Notes under the pieces: generated by a model
Databases searched by the model: none
What the model was told of the DNA's origin: nothing
What the model saw: only the letters and a program-made list of their open reading frames with translations
Part shown: one piece after another, positions 48,299 to 59,930 of the stretch
How positions within the stretch are numbered: the stretch's first letter is position 1
Layout of the letters: every line of letters starts with the position of its first letter
Translations under genes and position numbers: made by a program
Source of the DNA: Azolla caroliniana
Taxonomy: Eukaryota > Plantae > Polypodiophyta
Reading direction: 5' to 3'
Assembly: GCA_043228905.1 (NCBI GenBank)
Contig: JBHGNT010000015.1
Span: 13,330,001 to 13,394,000 of the forward strand
DNA length: 64,000 nt

Positions 48299-48319
48299 AG
48301 GGTTTAGGGTTTAGGGTTT
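48299..48319 (+). repeat. Interstitial telomeric repeat (AGGGTTT)x3 at a deletion junction in G
   Basis: Lies exactly between integrase ...PKFYW and pre-RT ...TRVAEVCEPESY. Confidence 0.9.
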
Positions 48320-49910
48320 GACACGTGTAGCGGAAGTGTGTGAGCCGGAGAGCTACGCAGAAGCGGCAAAGGACACAAATTGGCATGCCGCCATGGAGGA
48401 AGAGATGAACGCACTTACAGAGAATGAAACCTGGGACCTAGTTGATGCCCCCAAGGGTGTAAAGCTGATTGGATGCAGGTGGGTGTACAAGGTCAAGTAC
48501 AACACCGACGGCTCGGTCAACCGATACAAGGCCCAGTTAGTAGCAAAAGGCTATGCACAACAACACGGTATCGATTACGCTGAGACGTTTGCGTCGGTCG
48601 TGAAGATGACGACCGTCCGTGTTTTGCTTGTAGTAGCTGCGGTGAAGGGGTGCCACTTACATCAGATGGATGTAAAGAATGTGTTCCTACAAGGCGAGCT
48701 TGAGAAACAAGTGTACATGGTATAGCCCCCCGGATTTCACTCCGGAACAAACACTTCAGCGGTATACCAGTTGAAGACATCCCTTTATGGACTAAAGCAA
48801 GCCTCGTATGCCTAGAATGCAAAGATCACGTAGCGATTGCGTCGGATGGGATTTGCGACATCCAAATCAAACTCTTCATTGTTCATCCGGCAAGGTCGAC
48901 TTGGACCAGTTAGTATTTTACTTTATGTTGATGACTTGGTCATTGCCGGCATTGACCTAGGTGAAATTGACCGCATAAAGCTCCAGCTTGCGGCATCATT
49001 TGATATGAAGGACCTGGGGGACCTTCATTACTTTCTCGGGATTGAAGTGATCCGAACCCCCAAAGGCATACTGATCAGCCAATGGCATTACGTATTGACT
49101 ATGCTCTTCAAGTTCGGGATGGCAGGTTGTAAGTCCGTCTCAACTCCTTTGGACAAAACCAGGAAGCTTCGCCCCGACTCCGGAAAGTTCTGCGATCCGA
49201 AAAGGTTTCGACAGATTGTTGGAAGCCTCATATACTTGACTATCACCCGACCGGACCTCAGTTACCCAATCGGCTTGATTGGTCAGTTCATGGCGTGGCC
49301 AACCGAGGAGCACCTTCAGTTTGTGCAACGCATACTCAAGTACGTCAGTGGCACTAAGGACCGGGAGCTACTATATCGGACCGGTACTACCGCGCAGCTA
49401 GTCGGCTATACAAATGCCGACTGGGCCTGAACCGCCGTCAATCACCGATCCACATCCAGATTCACATTCTCCCTTGGGAGCGCCGCGATCGCGTGGAGTA
49501 GCAAGAAGCAGTCGACAGTTGCATTGTCGAGCAAAGAGGCCGAGTATCGAGGAGCGGTTGTCGCAACGTGCGAAGCCATATGGTTGAAGCGGCTACTTAA
49601 GGATCTGCAGGTGGAGGTGGCCAGTCCGACGACGATCTACTACGACAACCTCAGTAGCATCCAACTTACGAAGAACCCCGTCTTCCACGCCCGGACTAAG
49701 CACATTGAGGTACACTACCACTTTGTCTGCGAGCATGTCCTTTCTGGTGAAGTTGAACTTCAGTATGTTTTGACGGATCAACATAACGTCGGCATTTTCA
49801 CAAAGCCCCTTGGTCTAGACAAGTTGCGGCAATTCTCGGGTGCGCTTGGGTTGCGGCACTTCGACATGCCAAACTTGAGGGGGAGAAAAGTCCCGCAAGA
49901 CCATGAAAAG

Positions 49911-50175
49911 TGTTAACCACACAGTGCTCGGCCACAACCGAGGAATAGGATCAACTCACAGAAAACAGGAAATACAAAATGCACGAAGACAATAGAGAGA
50001 AGAGTACACAGGATGTTTTACGTGGAAAACCCTAAATGGGAAAAACCACGGGAGTCCTCAGACTCCAACTATCACTATAAACAGAGATGTACAATGGTGA
50101 AGCTACAAGGCAACAACCTTGAGCTCACTGTCTTCGCCACAGGCGGCGGTAATACACAGAGGCAACGACCTCTTC

Positions 50176-50206
<31 letters not shown>

Positions 50207-53200
50207 CTGCTCACTTAGCTCTCTCTCTAAGTGGAAAACCAGAAAAAATGAGTAACAACATACACCCAGCAGCACTAAACAGTTTGCCCTAAGTCATATT
50301 TATACACATATGACTTTCAGACTATTTACAAATATAGCCTCAAAGGGCTCTTGGAAAACATATTCACAAATATGTCCCCGCATCCGGATCTCTCTCCGGG
50401 TACATTCGTCATCCGGCTCCGTAGCCGGGGTCTTCATCATCCGGCTCCGTAGCCGGGGTCTTCATCATCCGGATCCGGAAACCGGGTCTTCATCATCCGG
50501 CTCCAAGTGCCGGGTACTCCTCATTCGGGTCTTCATTCCCGATTCCCGGACATCCGACCATCCCATCCGGAGGGACCGTAATCCCAACAAACTCCCCCTT
50601 CACTTCGGCATGGGATGTCTTTCCAGTCCGACCCTCTTCCGGCATGCTTCCAGCTTGTCGGGTGTGAGCACCTTGGTCAGCATATCCGACCCGTTCTCGT
50701 CCGTGTGGATCTTCGTCAGCACGAACTCCTTGTCTTCTATCCTTTCCCGGATCCAGTGATATCTTCGCTGGATGTGCTTCGTCCGGGAGTGATAGGCCGC
50801 GTTCTTTGCAAGGTGGATGGCACTCTGACTGTCGCAGTAGAGTCGGTACTCCTCCTGCCGGATACCGAGCTCTCTAATGAAGTCCTTCATCCATATTATT
50901 GCCTTGCCGGCTTCAACAGCCGCCATGTACTCCGCCTCCGTAGTTGACAACGCAACCGTCTTCTGCAGCCTCGACTGCCACGAAACAGCTCCCCCTGCAT
51001 ACGTCATCACATACCCTGATGTGGACCAGCTGGTATCTGCATCAGCCGACATATCCGAATCGGTAAAGCCGTCGAGTTCGGGCTTACCGGAGCCGAATCG
51101 GAGGCACACGTTCGAAGTGCCCTTTAAGTATCGGAGTATCCATTTGACCGCGTTCCAGTGCTCCTTGCCGGGATTACTCATATACCGGCTCACCACTCCG
51201 ACTGCGTATCCAATGTCCGGTCGGGTACACACCATTGCGTACATCAAGCTCCCGACGGCAGAGCCGTATGGTATCTTCATCATATCCTCCTTTTCAACCT
51301 TTGTCTTAGGACTTTGCTTGCCGGATAACTTGCAGTTTGCCGGGAGGGTTGACCCGACCGGTCTTGCTTCCGACATGTTGAACCGGTGAAGCACCTTTGT
51401 CACGTACTTCTCCTGTGACAGCCACAACTGCTTCTTTTTCCGGTCCCGGATGATGTGCATCCCTAGTATTTGCCTCGCCGGACCCAGGTCCTTCATTGAG
51501 AAGGTTCGGTGAAGCGCTTTCTTCAACATCCATATCTTGACCTGGTCCCGTCCGACGATCAACATGTCGTCCACGTACAGGAGGAGTATTAGAAAGTCTC
51601 CTCCTTCGAACTTCTTCACAAACACGCAGTGATCGGACTGCGTTTTGTGGTACCCTTCGTCGGTCATGAAAGAGTCGAACTTCCGGTACCATTGCCGGGG
51701 AGCCTGCTTCAGTCCGTAAAGGCTCTTCTTCAACCGGCATACCAGGTGCTCCTTCCCTTTCTTCTCGAATCCTTCCGGTTGCTGCATGTAGATCTCTTCT
51801 TCGAGGTCACCGTGAAGGAATGTCGTCTTCACGTCCATCTGTTCTACCTCGAGGTCCATGCTTGCCGCTATGCTCAGCACCGTCCGGATGGAGGTCATCT
51901 TCACTACCGGGGCAAATATCTCGTCGAAGTCGACGCCCTTCTTCTGCTGGAACCCCTTCACCACGATCCTGGCTTTGTATCTCGGGGGGTTTCCGGCATC
52001 TCCCGGTTTCAGCTTGAACACCCACTTGTTTCGAAGTGCCCGCTTTCCTTTCGGCAACTCCACAAGTTCGTATGTGTGGTTCTCATGCAGGGAATCCATC
52101 TCCTCCTGCATGGCACTTAACCACCTGCGGCTATGGGTGTCAAGCTTTGCTTCTTCAAAGCTCTCCGGCTCCCCCTCGTCGGTTAGCAGCACGTGCTCTG
52201 GTTCCGGAAATCTCCGGGGGGCCCTTCTCTCTCTTAGAGGATATCTCCGTTCCGGAGCTTCGGTAACCGGCTCCTCCGTTTCCTCTTCATCCGAATCCAT
52301 TTCGGGATCGGAGCCGGTTCCGGTATCAGTTTCATCTTCCTTGGCCGGTTCTGTTTCTTCACCGTCTTCGGCCGGATCCTCGAGTGCTAACCGGTCTCTT
52401 GCCGGTCGGGACTGCTCCTCGTAGAGTTGATCCTCACCGGTCGACTTTGAGCTCTTCATCTTCTTCTCCGACTCCCAGTCGGCGAGTGTCTTGTCCTCCA
52501 TGAAGATGATATCACGACTCCGGAATATCTTCTTGTCGACCGGGTCCCATACTCAGTAGCCGAACTCGTCATCGTCGTAACCGAGGAATATGCATGGCCG
52601 GGTCTTTGGATCTAGCTTTCCTCTCCGGTCCTTTGCCACATGCACATATGCGAGACACCCGAACACCTTCAGATGCCGGTAGGATACTTCCCGACCGGTC
52701 CACACTCTCTACGGCGTGTCTCCGTCCAAAGGTACTGAGGGTGATCTGTTTATCACGTATGTCGCCGTCGACATTGCCTCAGCCCAAAACCCCTTGGGTA
52801 ATTTCGCATGCGCCAGCATACTCCGGACCCTCTCCATTATGGTCCGGTTCATCCTCTCGGCCAGCCCGTTCAGTTCCGGCGTCTTCGGCACAGTAAACTC
52901 GAGCCGGATTCCCTTCGAGCGACAGTACTCCTTGAACTGCCCCGGTATTCCCCTCCGTTATCCGCTCGTAGTGCTTTCAGCTTCTTGCCGGATTCTCTTT
53001 CCACTCTCGCGTGGAGTTCTTTGAAGACGGACAATACTTGGTCCTTTGTCTTCAACGGTGCCGTCCACAGCTTCCGGCTGTGGTCATCAATGAATGTCAC
53101 GAAGTACTGGGCTCCGCCATGTGACTTCGTTTCTACTTGACACACGTCAGTGTGCACCAACTCCAATGGTGCGCTACGTCTCGTCGGTGGCCTTGAGTGG

Positions 53201-54967
53201 AAGGAGGTTCGGTTCTGCTTACCGGCCAGACAGTCGGTACACTTCCCCAAGTGTACGTGCTTTACCGGTATCAGGTTGTCTTCGGCAAGCCTCTTCATCC
53301 CCTTCTCGCTCATGTGGCACAGTCTCTTGTGCCACAGCTCACCGGCAGTGTCAACTGCCACGTTCAGCTCCTCCGGACATAGCCGTGAATTCATCAGGTA
53401 CAGTGTGTTGACCTTCCGGGCCCGAGCCACTATCAGGCTCCCCTTGCTGAACTTCATGACACCGTTCCGGATGCTACCCGTGTAGCCTTCATCGTCTAGC
53501 CTCCCGGCCGAAATCAGGTTCAATCGAACCTCCGGAACGTGTCGGACATCCTTCAGCAGCATCTTGCATCCGGTTGATGTCATCAGCCACACGTCTCCTA
53601 TGCCGGCAATCGGGCATGTACCTTCATTTCCCATCCGGACACAGCCGTGCTCACCGGCTGTGTAGGATGAGAAGTATTTCTTCTCCGGGGTCAGGTGGAA
53701 CGACGCTCCGGAATCGACCACCCAGGTCATCTCTTCACCGGCAAGGTTCAGCTCCCTCTCTTCGGTAATGAGCATTATCTCTTCTTCACTTGCCGCGAGT
53801 GCCGTCGTTCCTTTCCGGTCCTGCCCTCGCCGATCCGGATCTCTCCGGTCCGTGGCTCCCCGGTATGCACCGTTTCGCTCCGGTGACTTCTTCGAATCGG
53901 TACCGTCGGTTCCGTTGTCTTTCCAGAAATGCCGACAGTTCTTCTGGAAGTGCCCCGGCTTCCCACAGTAGAAGCATGTAGGTCTTCCCCTCGACTGCGA
54001 CCGTGTCCCCGACTTCTCCCGTCTTTGCGGACTCCGGTTCCGTTGTCTTCCCCGTTCCGATTCGGTAAGCAGCGCCTTCGAGTCGAAGGCCGGTTCTTTA
54101 TCTCTCCGACGCGCTTCTTCATTTAGAATACTTGTCTTTACCGTTAGTAAAGACAAGTTCTCTTCCTTACAGGAGGTGCTGAGAGTAACTACCAAGTTCT
54201 CCCAGCTCTCCAGAAGGGTACACATCAGCATGATGGCTTGCATTGCGTCATCCAACGGGAACTTGATCGCCGCAAGCTGGTTCACGAATCCCATGAACGT
54301 GCTGACGTGTTCGACCATGCTCTCGCCGTCCCGGTACTTAAGATTCACTATCTTCCTCATCAGGGAGGTCCGGGTCAGAGCATTCTTCCTCTCATACAGT
54401 CCGGACAGCTTCTGCCACATCTCATAGGCGTTCGTATCGTTCGCCACATGTTGCAGAACACTTACATCGACATATTGCCGGATCGTCGCTACGGCTTTCC
54501 GGTTCAGGAGCTTCCACTCCGACTCTATTACCCCCTTGGGTATCTCGGCATTGTCGATCGGTTCGTACAGGTCTCGGACGATGAGAAGGTCTTCCATCTT
54601 TATCTTCCAGTCGGCGTAGTTCTGTGAGTTCAACACCATCATGCCCAGAGGCCCACTACCGCCGCCTTCCATTTTCTGTGTTAACGTTGCTCTGATACCA
54701 CTTGTTAACCACACAGTGCTCGGCCACAACCGAGGAATAGGATCAACTCACAGAAAACAGGAAATACAAAATGCACGAAGACAATAGAGAGAAGAGTACA
54801 CAGGATGTTTTACGTGGAAAACCCTAAATGGGAAAAACCACGGGAGTCCTCAGACTCCAACTATCACTATAAACAGAGATGTACAATGGTGAAGCTACAA
54901 GGCAACAACCTTGAGCTCACTGTCTTCGCCACAGGCGGCGGTAATACACAGAGGCAACGACCTCTTC

Positions 54968-54998
<31 letters not shown>

Positions 54999-55381
54999 CT
55001 GCTCACTTAGCTCTCTCTCTAAGTGGAAAACCAGAAAAAATGAGTAACAACATACACCCAGCAGCACTAAACAGTTTGCCCTAAGTCATATTTATACACA
55101 TATGACTCTCAGACTATTTACAAATATAGCCTCAAAGGGCTCTTGGAAAACATATTCACAAATATGTCCCCGCATCCGGATCTCTCTCCGGGTACATTCG
55201 TCATCCGGCTCCGTAGCCGGGGTCTTCATCATCCGGCTCCGTAGCCGGGGTCTTCATCATCCGGATCCGGAAACCGGGTCTTCATCATCCGGCTCCAAGT
55301 GCCGGGTACTCCTCATTCGGGTCTTCATTCCCGATTCCCGGACATCCGACCATCCCATCCGGAGGGACCGTAATCCCAACA
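49911..55381 (-). mobile_element. Very young full-length Ty1/Copia element H (Tnt1/Tork-like)
   Basis: 679-bp LTRs 49911-50589 and 54703-55381 with one mismatch seen. TSD AAAAG. iMet PBS at 54689-54700; PPT at 50591-50600. Confidence 0.97.
50600..54672 (-). pseudogene. gag-pol polyprotein of H (one frameshift ~52945, one stop ~52554)
   Basis: CFYCGKPGHFQKNC knuckle, WVVDSGAS protease, LWHKRLCH, integrase, YVDD RT and RNase H in Copia order. Confidence 0.93.
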
Positions 55382-58075
55382 AAAAGGAGCAGGAAAGGAG
55401 TGAAAGTGACCGTGACACCAAATCAGATGACGAATTCGATTTAGTGTCGGCTGAAGAAGCTAAAGGCGGATCCGCGGAAGAGTTTGGAAGTGAACGAGAG
55501 GGCAGCAACTGAAAGAAAGAGCCAGAGCTAGCCAAGCATGGGGGAGATGAAGCCAAGAAGGGCGAGAAGGCGAAGATTGAGGACAAATTGGAGACAGCCA
55601 ATTCAGACAAAAGCGGAGACGAATTGGAGGTAGCCGATTCGGCTTGAATGTTTGATTCGGAGACGCCGAATCAACTGAAGGCCAAGCGGAAGAAAGGGCA
55701 GCAGAAGAGGCGCCAACACCGTGACAGCAAGGGAGCTGGAAAAGGCCACACAAGTAGAAAAGCTGACCGTAAGGGTCGACGCGCGCAGAATCGAACGGCT
55801 CGAGGAGCGCGAGTGAGGCGTGAAGTCAAGAGAAACTGGAGCAAAGGACCGGAAGAGCCTCAAGTTGAGCTTGAGGGGGAGTGTTGAGATACAAGCTCAA
55901 CATTGGCCGGATCGGCTCTGCGAACCGAGAACTGGATCGGTTTGGACTGATCGATTAGGCCGGATTGGTGCGTAAACTGGTGCGCAACAACAGGCCAGAT
56001 CGGTACGGAAACCGAGAGGCCGTTGAACAGATATTCCGTGAGGGAATATATTTGGGAGTTAGTGTAGGAGCTCAGTTATGAGCATTGAAGTACGTGTCAG
56101 TACTTCTGTCAGTCCGTATGGACTTGTATAAAAGTGCTCCCAGAGCACATCCTATGTACAGAGTTTTACACATTATTTTGAATTTAGTTTTTTCTGTATT
56201 CATTTCCTCTCTATCTCTCCCGCGCACATTGTGTCTTAAGCTCTCCATTAAACTTGTTTTTCCCTGTCGGTATTCTGCGTTTCGTATAGATTCCGCATGT
56301 AACATTTCACAATAGTCTTCCAAATCGATTTCAGTTCTCAATTTCGATCTCGGCCTCGGCCGAATTACCCTTGTGTCCTCGATTTCAGTTTCGGCCTCGG
56401 CCGAGTTACTCACCAACTTGGTTCTTCTCTTCCCATCCGGAGGAACCTGTTTCCCAACATTACTGACTGACGAGGGGGAGCCAAAAAGCTTCGAAGAGGC
56501 AAAGAAAGACACCCTCATCCGCAAGTGGTTAAGTGCCATGTAGGATGAGATGGATTCCATGCATGAGAACTACACATATGAATTGACGGAGTTGCTGAAA
56601 GGAAAGAGAGCGCTCCGGAACAAGTGAATGTACAAGTTGAAACCAAGAGACACCGAAAATCCACCAAGGTACAAAGCTCGCATTGTGGTGAAGGGTTTCC
56701 AATTGAAGAAAGGACTGGATTTCGACGAGATCTTTGCCCCGGTAGTGAAGATGACATCCATCCGGACTGTGTTGAGCATAGCGGCAAGCTTGGACCTTGC
56801 GGTAGTCTACATGTATATATGTATGTATGTATATACATATACATATACATATAATGATATACATATGTATAGCAAGCATTTCAGTTTAATAAAATTCCAA
56901 GAATACCCCTGAAACCTCCTCGTATTCTATAACTCCCCAAATGTAACTTGGATTCACTTGCCACGGTTTCGGTGTAGAACAAAAGCTTTTGCTATATTGC
57001 GAACAACTAGACGTCAAGACAGTGTTCCTACACGATGACCTCGAGGAAGAGATCTACATGCAACAGCCGAAAGGATTCATCAAGAAAGGGAAGGAGAACC
57101 TAGTGTGCCGATTGAAGAAGAGCTTATACGGACCAAAAAGCTCCCCGGCAATGGTACAGGAAGTTCGACGAGCCGAACTGGACGAGTCGAAGGAAGAAAC
57201 TAGACCGGATGGATCCGGAAGGTATCCGGAAGCCGGATCAGATGGATCCGAAGGGTATCCGGCCGAACATATTAGTAAATATGCTACGATGTGACTATTG
57301 AGGTCATATTTGTAAATAGCCCTAAAGTTATATAAGTATAAATATAACTAGGGCAATCATTTGTATGTAAGTGTGTTATCATTCTTATTGTTGTACAGAG
57401 AGAGAGAGAGAGAGAAAGTTCTTTCTATTGTATCCGCTGATTGGCAAAGATAGAGCTCGAGGTCATTGCCTCTAAGTCTCACATTGTAGTACCTCTTCTC
57501 TATAGTGATCTTGTTTGGAGTCTGAGAACTCACGTGGTTTTGCCTCTCGAGGTTTTCCACGTAAACATCTGGTCTCATCTCGTTTGTCTGTGTAAGTACA
57601 TTGTTCCTGTTTTCTGTTTAATCTTCCATTTGTATTTGATACTCAGTTGTGGCCGAGCGTGTTTCTCTACAAAGCGTTCATGGATCGACACCAAAAGGGG
57701 AATGACAAACAGTTCAGGATCGGAAAACAAGTGTTAGTATTCTAGACCTAGATGGGATTGATGTTGGGTAAACCAAAGTTTCGATGGACTAGACCGTACT
57801 TGATAATCAAGGAGTTCAACGGGTCTTATTAGTTAGGAAGCTTAGTTGGGGAAGTGTTCGATAAGTGGGTGAATGGGTTCCGGTTGAAGCCATACAGAGG
57901 CACGATGCCATCGAATCCGTTTAAAGACTGTAATAAAGAAAATCAGCAGGAAGTACATAGCGACAAGGAAGCCGTGGACCGGAATTTGGCAGATACCGGC
58001 GAACGAGATAATAGTTTGGGAATTCGGAATGGCGGGAATACCGGACAAGTAGCGGAGGTAACCGGGTCGGAGGAT

Positions 58076-58785
58076 CGGCAAAGACTATGACATCCGGAGT
58101 CAACAGATAGATCTAGAAGTACAGTTGACGTCCAAATATGTAAATATGTAAATATGTAAATATGTAAATATGTAAATATGTAAATATGTAAATATGTAAA
58201 TATGTAAATATTTAATGGAAAAAATAAAATAAAATAAAAATTAAGAAGTTACCCACGTAACGTTAAGATGGTCCCATAATTAGCCACGTTAAGAACTTGC
58301 ATGCCCCGCTCGACAATTTGTCCGATGGACACCAAGTTCTTGGTGATTATTGGCACATGCAAGACCTTTCTCATTATTCTTGGTGATTATTGGCACATGA
58401 TATGTTCGATGGGGTGAGGGGTGTCATTGCCAATTTTCGGGTCGAAGGACCGGCAAAGACTATGATATCCGGAGTCGCCAGATAGATCTAGAAGTACGGA
58501 TGACGTCCAAATATGTAAATATGTAAATATGTAAATACTTAATGGAAAAAATAAAAAATAATAAAAAATAAATTTAGAAACTACCCACGTAACGTTATGA
58601 TGGTCCCATAATTATCCACGTTAAGAACTTGCATGCCCTGGTCGACAATTTGTCCGACGGACACCAAGTTCTTGGTGATTGTTGGCACATGCAAGACATT
58701 TCTCATTATTCCCTTCTGACCGACATGCCTTAGAGGGACATCTCTAATATGTTCGATTGGGTGAGGGGTGTCGTTGCCAATTTCA
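58076..58785. repeat. ~375-bp tandem duplication containing an (AAATATGT)n minisatellite
   Basis: cggcaaagactatga...ccggagtc starts at 58076 and 58451. The 8-mer occurs about 9 times in unit 1 and about 3 times in unit 2. Confidence 0.88.
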
Positions 58786-58794
58786 ACAACCCCC

Positions 58795-59303
58795 TACTTC
58801 TCCGGCTTCTCCAGAGTCGAGAACTACTCCTTGTGATTCGTCAAGTGATTCGATGTGCTCGGATCCACATACCACACGTCATTCGACCTTGAGGTGTTCA
58901 CCGCCATCGAGTTGGCATTGTGCTTCATTACGAAGGTTGGGCCCATCTCAACTCGCCCTAAGCCTTCGACGTAGTGTGATATATGACGCCTATCCGCGTC
59001 TCCTCGGCTCAATCCGGCTTTGTCCGAATCAGCTCGCTTTTTCCAACACTCATTCTCTTTGTGGCCCTTCCGGGCACAGTACCAATAGTCCGTCGCGGCC
59101 TTTCCTTACCGACCTCTGGCGCCGCCTTGACTCTCCCTACTCGTGGAGGGTTTGGAACTATTGTCGGCATTTCAATTATGCCTCGAGTTATGCTCTTGTC
59201 AGCCGCTTCCATTACGCGACGACCCGCCTCGTCCACCACGACCACGGGGCCGATTCGCCTCCATGTACAACATATTGTTGTTAATGTGTGTACTCATCGA
59301 CGA
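58795..59303 (-). pseudogene. Copia gag/protease fragment K, target of C2
   Basis: RGRGGRGG stretch, decayed zinc knuckle and DVWYVDPSTSNHLT protease motif. Confidence 0.75.
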
Positions 59304-59779
59304 TGTCGTGCCTTTCGGCTCCGGATCGTTGCGTGAGTTGGGTGGGAACCACCGAGGTTTTGGACTAGGAGAAAGAAGAATATGAGATCATGTTAGTTAA
59401 GAAGAGATTGTAAGAAGATATGAAACTCGTGAATCCCACGAGTATAATGTATTAATGGGTAATTAGATTGTAAGAGAGAATTAGATGGTAAAATCGTGAA
59501 TCCCATGAATATTTTGTATTAATCAATCCTTCTAAAAAAAAAATCAACAACCCTATACACCTTTCTCTCTTCCTTATATAGTGTTGGAAGAGTCTAAGTT
59601 TATCACATGCAAGCATCATGCTTTTCCTAACTTTAGTTTTCATGCGCACTGCATGTGCATGATTAGCTTTCTATCCCATCTTTTCTTTTAACTCGAGTGT
59701 GCATGCATGAATAACTTTTTGTACCATGCATATCTAGAATATTTACATGGGATAAAGTTTAGTATAACTTTAAAATTCA

Positions 59780-59930
59780 TAATATCCTAGTATTGTGGTA
59801 AGGTTGGGGTTTGTCTACATGGAGGTATAGGGTTTGAATCCTTCCTTATGCAGGTAATAATATGCTAGTATAGTGGTAAGGTTGGGGTTTGTCTACGTGG
59901 AGGTACAGGGTTCGAATCTTGCCCTATGCA
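59780..59930 (+). other. Two tandem tRNA(Asp)-like Pol III cassettes, antisense to element C2
   Basis: TAGTATAGTGGTAAG (A box 59866-59876)...TTGTCTAC...GGTTCGAATC (B box 59909-59918), then TTTTT at 59942-59946. The upstream copy is at ~59780-59852. Confidence 0.75.

Larger units (their letters stand above)
47383..56304 (+). mobile_element. 5'-truncated Copia element G interrupted by H
   Basis: GAG-pre-integrase LWHKRIGH, integrase, RT (LYVDD) and RNase H (RTKHIEVHYHF) fragments. PPT at 55868-55881; 3' LTR 55882-56304. Confidence 0.85.
47139..56459 (-). mobile_element. Solo Copia LTR I (47139-~47382 plus 56305-56459) split by G
   Basis: Ends resemble F/H-family LTRs in reverse (…gtttcccaaca). 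Flanks TTACC/TTACT; removal restores the F reading HVLLTDEGEP. Confidence 0.72.
39156..57671 (+). mobile_element. Degenerate Ty1/Copia element F (Tnt1/Tork-like) hosting E, D, I, G and H
   Basis: 5' LTR 39156-39650 and truncated 3' LTR ~57165-57671. TSD AAGCG. Coding remnants at 39686-40118, 45045-47138 and 56465-57165 are homologous to H. Confidence 0.9.

Noticed and set aside
54673-54729. N-terminal extension of H Gag in the ORF track
   Set aside because: Runs through the LTR and PBS; the ATG at 54672 is the plausible start.
59780-59930. Functional tRNA-Asp genes
   Set aside because: Acceptor and anticodon stems do not pair properly; only the promoter boxes and loop remnants persist.
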